From the NCBI GenBank assembly GCA_013239625.1, contig MU054323.1:9165220-9229219 (forward strand): DNA of 64,000 bases, in the 5' to 3' direction. Below the pieces are notes generated by a model. That model was not told the origin of the DNA and made no database searches. It was given only the letters and a program-made list of their open reading frames with translations. The stretch comes from Lama guanicoe (taxonomy: Eukaryota). Made by a program: the position numbers and the translations under genes. Positions 13,213 to 24,900 of the stretch are shown piece after piece (the first letter of the stretch is position 1; each line of letters begins with the position of its first letter).

Positions 13213-14089
13213 TTTAAAAACTAGTGATACATGTCATAAGAAATTAAGATTAGTGAAAGCATGATTAACCAAGGTCTATAAGCCTAATGTCTAAAAAAAA
13301 ATTATCTGTTATTGGATTTTCATGAGAATTTGTCTTTGGAGGAAATCTGACTTAATTTTCCACAAGAACAGGCTTGATTTATCTTTGCAGCATGAAACTT
13401 CAGAGATGATTGCTCAAGAAGGAAGAGAATAGTGGTAAATACAAGTGGGTATTAAATAATTGTTCATTGTTTGCCATGTTGGATGAGCTAATGATTATTA
13501 AAAAATTATTAGTACATAGAGCTTACTATTCATACTGGATTGAAATTAGAAATGGTAAAAAAAAGGCTGCTCATTGATTGAATTAGCAGTGTCTGGCACA
13601 CAGTAAGGTAATATATAAAGTGAAATGGACTTGGATGCCATCCAAGAGGGCTTAGCTACTGAAGTAGTTTTATTTCTAAAGTGATTCTACAGTGTAGGTA
13701 TGGGTGTCCAGGCTGGTTACAATTAAACTTAGTATCTTCATTACTGTTCCTTACTTTATATCCATCTTTCGACCTGAAAAATTTAAACCCTTAGTTGTTG
13801 TTCCTTATCAGCTTACAAAGCTTACATTTAATGAATGCAGATGACAAACACTTAAATGAACTGTAGATGAAAAAGGCAATATATATGAGCCAGAGTTAGA
13901 GGTACAATGACATAATGGAAAGATAAAGGTTGGGAAACCTGGGTTCCCACTAACTGGCTGTGTGATTTGCGGTGAGTCATTTGACCTCTCTTAATTATCT
14001 CATCTACAAAGTGTGGAGGATGGATGGATAGGCTTCAGTGATCCCCCAAACTAAGTATTATCAGATTTTTTGACTTTAAGCTTAATCAC

Positions 14090-14603
14090 TGTGGTAGGCA
14101 GAATTATGCACCCACCCCCTGCCCCAACCCGGCCTCAAGGATGTCCACTTCCTAATCCCCAGAACCTATGACTATGTTATGTTATATGGCGATAGGGAAT
14201 TAAAGTGGCTAATAAGCTACCTTAAAATAAGATTATTTTGAATTTTCCATTTGGGGGGCCAAAAATAACAAGGGTTCTTAGAACATGGAAGAGGGAGGCA
14301 GAAGAGTGAGCGTCAGAGTGATGCCATATAAGAAAGACTTCACCGACCATTGCCGACCTTGAACATGGAGGAAGGGGCTATGAGCCAGAATGTGGGCAGC
14401 CTGTAGAAGCTAGAAAAGGCAAGAAAACAGATTTTCCCTAGAGCCTCCAGAAAAGAGTGCATTCCTACACACACCTTGACCTTAGTCCAGTGAGACCTGT
14501 GTCAGACTTCTGACCTCCAGAATTGTAAATTAAATTAAATTTGTATTGTTTAAGCCATTAAGTTTGTGGTAATTTGTTACAGGAGCCCCAGGAAACTACT
14601 GTA
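14090..14603 (+). mobile_element. MLT1 (ERVL-MaLR) solo LTR, MLT1D-like
   Basis: Starts TGTGGTAGGCAGAAT; contains CTAATCCCCAGAACCT and AGAAGCTAGAAAAGGCAAGAAAACAGATT; ends GTGGTAATTTGTTACAG..GGAAACTA. Decayed 5-bp TSD ATCAC/ATCGT. Confidence 0.85.
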
Positions 14604-15421
14604 ATCGTGGTATGTACCACAACTCGCAAAGCTGGACCCAAGTTTTTCAGGGATGCAGGATTTTAAATAAAAATCCTATACTCAGGTATTTAATAAAGAT
14701 CTTCAGAGGCAGAAGTAATCAGAAACCATGAAACGTTTGTAGGAAAGTCATGAGAAAGAGTCTATAAGGGAATAAAATTTTTACTAGCGATTCATGTGAA
14801 GACTAGAAACTTGGATATCTTATAAAGGAAAGAAAACGGCAAAATTAGAGAAATAAAAAAGGTTATTCATAATGTAAGAGTTTCTTCTCTGGACTTCACC
14901 ATACTCATCTATAAACTGAAGGGCTGGGAAAAAAATCTCAATTCCTCTAGCTCTGATATAAAATTCTAAATCCTGACAGATACTTTGGGACCCTGCCCTC
15001 CCCCAAATTTCAAGAGTATTCATTTTAGAAAGTAGTATCGTTATTTTTAACGTGTGATGGTCAAACCTCACAGAAAGTTCTTAGTTTAATAAGAAGGTGG
15101 CTCTGAATTCTAACCCTGACATTCTTATTTAGGTAGGGTGCATGGGAAAATTGTTTTGTTTTCTTTCTCTTCTGCCACTTCACCTATAAAAGTATGGTAA
15201 AATTTTAGCTGGATGGATTTTCTAAGGAATGAATTATTTTAGATGTCTGAACTTATGTAACTAAACTTTAAATATATTTGATGGAACTATTTCTAAAGTG
15301 AAACACATGCCCTATTTTTATATAAAATTTAATGATTACCATATTCCCTTTTCTTGAAGAGTCATCACTAGTAACATCTACTGAGTTACTCTAGTGAGCT
15401 GTCAAACAGTGATGCTTTAGA

Positions 15422-15795
15422 CAGCAGTCAGCAAACTATGGCCTGCAGGCTGTTTTTGTAAGGCATATAAGATCAAAATAGTTTTTTATGTTTTATACTT
15501 TTTACATGTTAAGAGAAAATAATATGTTAACAAGTTTCTTCTCTATAGCACTGTGAACTACATTCAGTATCTTGTAGTAACCTATAATGAAAAAGAATAT
15601 GAAGACAAATATATGAATATAGCTATGTATATGACTGAAACATTGTGCTGTACACCAGAAATTGACACATTGTAAACTAATACTTCAAAAATAAAAAACA
15701 AAAAAACAAAACAAAAACAAGAATATGTGACCTAGAGCATATGTGGCTTAAAGTAATTACTATCTGGCCCTTTGCGAAAAGGTTTGCTGACTCTG
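15422..15795. mobile_element. MER58-like hAT-Charlie element interrupted by an L1 tail
   Basis: TIRs CAGCAGTCAGCAAAC and GTTTGCTGACTCTG; 8-bp TSD GCTTTAGA (15414-21) and GCTCTAGA (15796-803). Confidence 0.8.
15528..15718 (+). mobile_element. Short 5'-truncated lineage-specific L1 3' end
   Basis: Near-identical to 21830-21995; A-rich tail; imperfect TSD AA(T/G)AATATGT. Confidence 0.8.
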
Positions 15796-16941
15796 GCTCT
15801 AGAGAAAGGTGTGGAGCCCTCTTTACCAAATGGGCAAAACTAGACTGAACTTTATGCTCTTTCACTAAAGGAAGTACATCTGTCTTGGCACAAGGTAGCT
15901 CAAATATTTGTGGAAAAATAAAGGCTCTTGGAATTTAAAATTCTTTTGTTGCTACACTGTCCTCACTTTCAGGGTTTTAGTAGTCACTATACCTCCCTCT
16001 AGCAGCTTCTCCACCTTTCTAATCTCAGTCTGGATATTTGATAACCTAGCTTATAAACATTTTAAGCAATGTAAGATTAAGTTGGCTATGTGAAGGCCCT
16101 AAAATTATTTTCTAAGTAAAACACAGGTGGTTTAGTGCATGGACTTGGTGACTTATTTTGCTTGTCCCAAGGACTTTTTATTTATTTCTAGGTTCTTGGT
16201 TATCCTTCGGAAAAGCAAGGTTGAGGACAGATGAGGTCTTATTGTAGTAGTTCTGATCATTTTTAATTTTTATAATGTAAAAATAGCATTATATCTAAAA
16301 AGCCACTCACCAAAACATTGAACTGAAGCAACCTGAATGGTAGGATTTTCTTTTACAAGAAATAAATATTACTTTTGCAATAAAAAAAGCCATTTTCATT
16401 AAAAAAAAAAGATAAATTGGAAAGATCTCTCCAACCAGTTTCACTAACCTAACTCTATTTTCAGCTAGCATATTTTGTTTCATTACTTGATTACTTTTTT
16501 ATGGTTGTAAATATTGTGTTTAAAAGTTTTTATTTTGACTCATACTTGGTTTGCCATTGGCAACCTATGGTTACTCTAATACTGAAAAATAAGCTTTAAA
16601 TATAAAATGCAGAAATGCCAACAATCAGTATGGTGAAAGGTGACTGATCGCATTTTTGACCTCTGTTCCACTCCTTTTATACACGTTCAGACAAATAATA
16701 CCCAACCTGGAAAATGTTATGGCTCAAAACACTTTACTTCATTTAGTCTTCTCATTCTCGGAGGTAAAATGACTTGGCCAAAGTCACTAGGCTAGTTAGG
16801 GGAGAGTCTCAGTAGCCTGGTACAGAAATCAGGAACAGTTCTTTGGAAGCTCTTCTAGTGACACTAGGGCTTTCACTACACCCTGGCCTTTATGTTTCCT
16901 CACCTGACACTTACCTTTACAAACTCAAATCCTGCCTCTTA

Positions 16942-17187
<246 letters not shown>

Positions 17188-17574
17188 TCAAAGTCCGCGC
17201 TCTCCAACTCGGAGGCTGCCCTTTAACCTTTGCCCGACCCCGTAACCAGAGACGCCGCTCCCACGCTCCCTAACGACGCGGGCCTTCGGACGCCTATGCG
17301 GGGCGCCCACCTGAATGCCCGAATAACCCCGCCCCACAACTGCCCCCCGTTCTTCCAGGAATTGTCTCCCTGCACAGCCTTCCGTTACAGAGCCCTCCTG
17401 AACGTTCCAGACTCCGCGCTGCGCGGCGCGCATGAGGCAGACGCCAAGGTAGGAACTTTCAGGCGCTGCCCGGACGCCTTTCCGAGCGCCCGGCCTGGCG
17501 CGGCCGGGGACGCGCACGCCGCCCGGCTCCCGAGCCGCAGAAGGGGCGGGGCGGGGCGGGACGTCCGGGGGCGC

Positions 17575-17682
17575 GCACGCAGCCGCCCGCGGTGCGCGCG
17601 CAGGTTGGTGCGTCGGTCGGGGGCGCGCTCGGGTAACCTGTCCCCCACGTAGTCGCCGGTTACCGATCGGACTAAGTTCCAG
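17575..17682 (+). other. BABAM2: BABAM2 non-coding first exon (5' UTR); 5' boundary approximate
   Basis: Lies in the CpG island just downstream of GC boxes and ends at CCAG|GTACCT (GT at 17683). CCCACGTAGTCGCCGGTTACCGATCGGACTAAGTTCCAG resembles the human BRE 5' UTR as I recall it. Confidence 0.7.
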
Positions 17683-20600
17683 GTACCTGGACTGGGGCTG
17701 GTGCGGGGAGGTTGGATCCCCAGTCGCACAGGTGGCGCTGAGGACTGGTTTAAATATGCCCAGGGCTCGCCTCCTCTTCCTATAGAGAAGGCCCCTGTTC
17801 CAGAGATGCCCTGCTCATCCCCATCCACGAGCCACCTCAGGAACGAGCCATCAAGGCCAGAGGCCGCTCCCTCCAAGCCTAGCCCGCCCCCTGGTTCCTG
17901 ATTAAGCTCAGACTCCTTCCTCCTTCCCGCGTGATGAGGGGATGATACAATTTGGGAGAAGGAAGCGTGTTCCCTCTTAGATACCCCCTTTTAGAGCGGG
18001 GTGGTCATTCTTTGGGTTTGAGCTGATTTGTTTTTCACGAATGTTGCCCCTTGGAGAAATTGCTTCCCCAGTGTAACTTCCCTCGTGCAGTGTATGACGT
18101 CGACGTGACGCAGCAGGACGCCACCCCTTTCCGTTCCATGACGTAAGCGGGGCACATGTTTCCGTGTTTGTCATCTCATCTTAATTACAAGAAACTAGAT
18201 GATGCTTTAGACCTCTTTGTATTCCCAGGCCGCCCGTCAGAGGACCTCATGTGACCCTGTTTTGAGGCAGCAGACCCTTGAAAAAATTGTATTTCTACAT
18301 TTTCCTTCTGTCATACGCCAAAATCAGGAAATAGAAATTGCACAAGTAGCATTCAAGGGAGTCTGGCCACCACAGATTTTTATCTGTCAGGGATCTATCA
18401 TTGTGCTTCGATGTGTAAACGCTACTACTAGGGTTGATCCATGTCCTTGGCTCAAGAGGACCCCACGAAAGAACCATCATTTTTGGCTATTCGGTGACTT
18501 CTGATTTGGGAGTCAGGTTTTTTTTTTTTTTTTACTCTTAGAGAAGTCACAACAGCTACGGTTGAAACATTTTAATACTGCATGAAATCTTGCACTGTCA
18601 AAAGATAGTATTATGGCACTTCTGGAAACAAAGACAAATTCATTACTTCAGGTGTCATTCTAAGGTCACGACAGTTGCTGAATTGGATGGGGTATTGTCA
18701 CCTTAAGTATAGTTTGATTTCTGGAGCAGCTTTGTTCCCTTTAGCGTTTGCCTAGTAAGTCATTCAGGCCAGCTTCAGCAGTCGGCCAGCAATAGTCTAA
18801 TTTGATTCTAGTTTTTAAGCAATCAATAATTTAAATTCATGACTTTTTGTCTGTTCAAATTTTACTAGATGTATGCTTTAAAACAAATTCACTTTGCTGG
18901 TTTTCTCTTTGGCGAATGAAGTTATAAATGTTTATTTGAGAGGATGATGTGTATAGTGGACTCTAAGGTAGATCTGGATTTGAATTCTGATCCTTCTGCT
19001 TGCTAGATTTGTGACTTTGAACAAGTTACCTAGTCTTGCTAAGCTTTAGTTTTATCTCTGAACTGGGAACAGTAATATTAACCAGAGAACAGGGTAGCTA
19101 TGGGGAAGTAAATGAAATTACAGATAGAGATGGGTAACATGGTGCCTGATAATCAGTAGATTTTTCAGAATGTGTTGGTTCTGTTCCTCTTTTTCATAGA
19201 AATGTGAGGTAAAACAGTAATAGGTATTGTGGGAAAATACATGGAAGAATAACTTTGTAATGTAGATCAGGTCCTTTTGCTTTTTTCCAGCATGAGTATT
19301 TCTGTTTTGCATATGATCTAGATAAGCATCCTTTCAAGAGCTGTGACATCAATGGGTAGAAATAAAAATGGAAATGTTGCAGAGTAGGAAAAAAGTAGGC
19401 TTCAAAATGCTAACATGGGCTAGTATACTATTCAAAGACAAATTATAAATTCCCCACATCATCTGTAAGGTGGGAATTCTAATACATGCCTTATCATCCA
19501 GGGTTGTGAAGATCAACTGAACTAGTGTGTATGGAAACTTTTTATAAATGATAAAGTGTTATAAAATGTACATGATTTTTATGACTGATAACACAGTGCA
19601 TGAGATGTTTATTCTTATTTTGTGATAGCAGATGATCTCCCTCCACCATTCCAGTATGTTAAGTGGTTGGAAGAGGAGCTTTTTTATATTTGCAGAAAGG
19701 ATGATTTGAGTACTAAAATATAAAGCTTATACTGCTTCAGTGGTACTTCTGGGTGTCATCACTATATAGAGTCATGATGTTGTTATTTTTTGAAAGATCA
19801 CTGCAGCCCTTCCCTTTATTACTATTCTGAAATGATTAAACCACGTACTAGTTTTCAACATTTAGCAGGAGCTGTAAATCCTCAAATGGCATAATATATG
19901 AAAACTAGAATGAGAACATCATTGACTTCTAATTGTAACTTGAAGGAAATTAATTTGCTTTTGATGTGGGATTATCCTTCAGAATGAAGAAGAAAATGAT
20001 CATTTAAATTGACTTATTCACCTCTGAAAGTGGAGGCTTTCATTTAGAAATCTATTAAGAGGAATTCATGTACTCCCTCCTCCAGCTCCGTGGGTTTCCA
20101 AGTAATTTAGATATCATTTATTGGTTTTACTTTTATGTTTTCAAGTCTCAGAACTTCTTAGTGCCTTAAAGTCAAAAACTGTTAGATCCGTGTTGGTTTG
20201 TGTTGCTTAATAGCTGAATAGGTATGTGTTTTCATGATTTAATTATTAAGTAGATTTTTGCTACATCTATTCCTCAGATATAGTGTCTTCTCTTTTTTTT
20301 TTTTGGAGGGCATAATATCTTCTCTCCATAAGTAAGTATTTCTTTAGCTTTGTGTCTCCTCATTCATTTATTTATTAAAAGATGTTTATTGGGTGCTTAG
20401 TCTATGCCAGGTACTTTTATTGAAAACTAGGGATTCAAGACAGTCCTGCAGGGGAGAGATCACTAAGCAGGTAGTTATAATACACTGTGGAGGGACAGTA
20501 ATTAAGAGAGGTGTATCAGGAGTAAATAATTTTTAGTAAGTAACAATTGCAGGTAGGTTATTCCTGTTCCAGAATTTTACATAGTTTTATCAAACAAGTT

Positions 20601-21046
20601 TTTACTCCTTGTGGGAACACAGAGGGAGGAATTCATAACCTAGTGGTGTGTGTATTTTGTGTATTAGGGGGATAAGATTGTCAGTGAAAGTTTCTTGAGG
20701 CTTCAACTAAAGTAGAACCTGCCAGTTGTAAGACAGAGTGGGATAGCTTTTAAGTAGAATATGGTAGTGTAGGAACTGGCTTTGGAAAGGGGGAAGAGAT
20801 TGGATTTCAGGGGTTGCTGCTCTTCCTGAAAAGTCTATGTCCTGAGTAGGTGAGCAGGAGGGAGATAAGTTCTTCTGGATGGCCATTAGAAGATGCTGCT
20901 ACAAGACAGGAAATGAGTTATCACACAAGAGACACTTCTGTGTGCTGTGCTGGTTTCCAGGAAGCTTGTTATATCTTGTTCCTTTGGATATTCTGATCAC
21001 CATTCTTTCCTTCTCCTTTCAGCAGTGATTTACAAGTCAAGCTAAA

Positions 21047-21174
21047 ATGTCCCCAGAAGTGGCCTTGAACCGAATTTCTCCAATGCTCTCCCCGTTCATA
21101 TCTAGCGTGGTCCGCAATGGAAAAGTGGGGCTGGATGCTACAAACTGCTTGAGGATAACTGACTTGAAATCTGG
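21047..21174 (+). CDS. BABAM2: BRISC and BRCA1-A complex member 2 (BRE/BRCC45), first coding exon (exon begins 21023; 128 coding nt)
   Basis: [43 protein letters not shown] is the BRE N-terminus. Polypyrimidine tract plus AG at 21021-22; donor GG|GTATGT at 21175. Confidence 0.97.
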
Positions 21175-21623
21175 GTATGTACCAGAACCCATCCAACCTT
21201 TACCTGATGATAAACCTTTCTCACCAGACTCTTAAAAATTGAATACCACAGAAATTCAAGTCATGATCTTATCACTTGATTCAGTTGGTTTTGTCCAGTT
21301 CTTGACATTTATGTTTCTAGTTGTTTTATTTGTGCTTTATGATCAGAATGTTAATTTTTTTTAAGCATATCTCTTTGTTAATAGAATGCTGTCTGGCTTT
21401 TAGCAAGTGTATTTTTCATCATTGACTTGTTTTCTTGCTGTTTCTTCTGTAATCCAGTATGCACTGTAGAAGTTGGGATTTGGGATTCTGAATCTGATGT
21501 CATTTGATAATCCTTCCTAATAGGAAAAGTACAATAGCTACCCCAAGTGAGTCATTTTTCACAATAGGGTTGAAATAGTAAGATCTCAGGCCTTGAAATG
21601 TTGCATTAAAAAACCCAACTTTT

Positions 21624-21995
21624 CAGTAAGCCAGAAAGAGAAAGAAAAATACTATATGATGATATCACTCATGTGGAATCTAAAAAAAAAGACACTAATG
21701 AACGTATCTACAAAGGAGAAACAGACTCACAGACATAGTTATGGTTACCAGCGGAAAAGGGGGTTGGAAGGGATAAATTGGGAGTTCAAGATTTGCAAAT
21801 ACTAACTACTATATATAAGACAGATAAAAAACAAACTTCTTCTGTACGGCACAGGAACCTATATTCAATATCTTGTAGTAACCTATAATGAAAAAGAATA
21901 TGAAGACAAATATATATATATGACTGAAACATTATGCTGTACACCAGAAATTGACACATTATAACTGACTATTCTTCAATTAAAAAAATAAAAAG
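21624..21995 (+). mobile_element. 5'-truncated lineage-specific L1 3' end, relatively young
   Basis: Perfect 15-bp TSD AAAAACCCAACTTTT at 21609-21623 and 21996-22010; L1 3' motif ATATCACTCATGTGGAATCTAAAAA; A tail. Confidence 0.88.
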
Positions 21996-24900
21996 AAAAA
22001 CCCAACTTTTAATTTTGAAATACATTTACTTACAGAAAAGTTACAAAACTACTACCGAAAATAAACACTGTTACATATTGATAATTATTCTGTAAGTCTT
22101 ATTTAAATTTTGCCGGTTTTCCCGTTAACGTCCTTTTTTCCATTCAAGATCCAATCTAAGGTACAATTTGCATTTGGTTGTTGTGTCTTAGTTTTCCTAA
22201 CCTCTGAGAGTTCCTGTCTCTGTCTCTAATAATTCTGACATTTTTAAAGATAGCAATGGTTAGTTATTTTGTAAAATGTGGCTCAATATGGGTTTGTCTA
22301 GTGTTTTCCCTTTATTAGAGTGAGAAACACTTTTTTTTTTTTGCCAAGAATACTACAGAAGTGATGTTGTACTACTTTCAGTGCATCAGATCAGGGAGTA
22401 ATGATGTTCCTATGTCTAGTCATTGGTATATTAACTTTGACCACTTGGTTAAGATTGTGTCTACCAGGTTTCTCTACTGTAAAGCTAACTGATTTTCCCT
22501 TTGTAATTAGTAAGTATCTTGTGGAATGATGCTTTGAGACTGCAAATATTCTGTTTCTCATCATACTGTTGTCCATTAATTTCAGCATCCATTGATGGTT
22601 CTTGCCTATAGTTATTATTAATGTGGTGCTTATCTAAGAGTGATTTTTTTATTTTTGTATTCCTCCTACATTTAGTAATTTGAATTCTTCTGTAAAGATG
22701 GGGTATCCCTTCTCCCTAAATTATTTATTCAGTTATCTGCTTATGTCAGTATGAATTTTTAGGTATTTACTTCATTCTGTGGATTATAATCCATATAGTG
22801 TCTTCATTTATTTTGCTGCTAAGTTTTTCTAGCCTTTGTCATTGGGAGCTCTGTCATGTTAGCTTTTGAGTATATCCCCATCATTTTTTGAGCATTTTCT
22901 TACTAGGAGTGTTGCATTCTTGATTCTCTTTTAGTCTTTCTTTTTTAGGCCCTTTTGCCCTTTGTCTTCTACAAATCTTGCAAATCTTCTCCGACTAAGC
23001 CGAAGGCCTGGATATAAGGTAGTAAGACAGGGAAGACTAAGTTAGTTGGACCCTTCATTGGAACAGTAGGATGCTTTTTAAAACATCTGGTACTACCTTC
23101 AGTTTAATTGATCAGTGGCTATGAGGTTTCTTTTTGGGGTGATGAAAGTGTTATAAAATTGATTAGTGGTGATGTTATACAACTCTGTAAATATGCCAAA
23201 AATGACTGAATTATGTACCTGTAAGGGTGAATTTTATGATTTGTGTATTTTATCTCATTAAAAAAACCCAAACCTGTGTGCCAGGGATGTTTCCTGGCCT
23301 GAGTGTATAGGACATAGAAAAAGGTCTTTCTTCTTTAGTTTATCACAAACATTCTTGTCAGAGATATTGAAGACATGACAGGGGACTGATGGCCAGAGGA
23401 CTGGGGACTGGTTTATGTAAGATGATAAAAACCTGAACTTCCTACTATTTTGTCAGTATCCTCAGAGAACAGTTTGGTTCAGCAACATAAAGTCACCTCA
23501 CTTCTTTTCTGTAGACTGCCTCTTTGGTGCTTCCAAATTCCTGAATGTTTAGTTGAGTGTTTAAATGCAAATAGTGGATCTGATGATCAGTTTGAAATGA
23601 ATCCACTAGACCTGGCCCTGTTTGAACTAGCTCTGTGAAAAATATTTGAAATGGCATATAATGATATGCAGTATTTCTGGAATTTGCTTTCTTTAGATTT
23701 AAAAAAAGGAATAAAAATACCTCTACCTACAGTAACAAAGTTGCTACACATAAAATGATGTGAAAATCGTTATTAACCTAGAACATTATTGATGCCTCTT
23801 ATGTAGTACTTGTCTGAAAGATTCATGGAAGTTCTTTAGGGGCTCATTAACAGTTCTTTCTTCCATCAGCCAAAGTGTGAATTCCTCGAGTTTCTATAGC
23901 AAAACAGTGGCAGAGTTAGGGAAGAGAATTTGTGTGTATATGTGTGTGTGACTTTTGGCATTCTCCTTCTTTTAGATCAGCAGCACTTAGTTATGAGGAT
24001 TGGGATCCACGTCTGGGATTTCTGTTAACTCAGATGGGGCATTACCTGTAGGGCACAGTATACCTGGAAGGAATAAAATGACGAGACTGGTATTTAGAGG
24101 TCACAAGAACCAGTCTCGTTACTCTATATAGCTACTTGTCCTTGAAGAGATGAGGTTCCAGAGTATCTGTATTCTAGGTCTGGTTCACAGGAGGAATAGA
24201 AGATAGGCAAGAATCTATGCAATGTTTAAGTTTTTTTTTTTTCATAGCAATTCATCTTTATTTCTCTTATGGCAACTGAATCATTCTACCTGATCTGAGA
24301 CCATGTGTGTTTCTAAACTCCATTGCTAGGCTGTTAAGGACAGGGTTCTTGTTTAATTTATTTTTGTGCCTCCTTCAGATCTACCATGATATCTTTTGCA
24401 TGTAGTGTAGTAAGTAAGGGTTGAATGAATGAATGAATTAGGTGTTTTCCCAGAGAAGGTGCTTGGTTTGGGAATTAACATGGTTTGGTCTTATGGCTTG
24501 GAACATGTTTATTGGTCTGATAGTTTATTACTGAAATTCTGTTATACGTGATTCTTTTAAATGACATTCCCTGACAAATGAATTGACATTTTTGAAATTA
24601 CAGTCAAGTGTGTTAATAGTGCAGGGTTTACTTTTCTAGGTGGAATATTGAGACCTGGAGGGGCCAAAGTTTTAATTTTAGGGAATTAGTCCATGAGCCT
24701 GCTGAATGCTTATTTGCTCTCTGCTGTATGTTAACTTGGTCACAAGCAGGTGCCATTTGTAAGATGCCATCTTTTGTCTTTTTCAGTGATTTACTAATCT
24801 TGAAGGTATCTCAGTGTTCAGCATTCCGAAGCGATGCCTGAGAGGAAAGCAGAGAGGGCTCACTGCGACCTGTGGCATCTCAGCCTTAGTGTCTCTTTTC

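Noticed and set aside
17188..17901. Overlapping 109-163 aa ORFs on both strands
   Set aside because: Arg/Pro/Ala/Gly-rich products expected from stop-poor CpG-island sequence; no recognisable protein.
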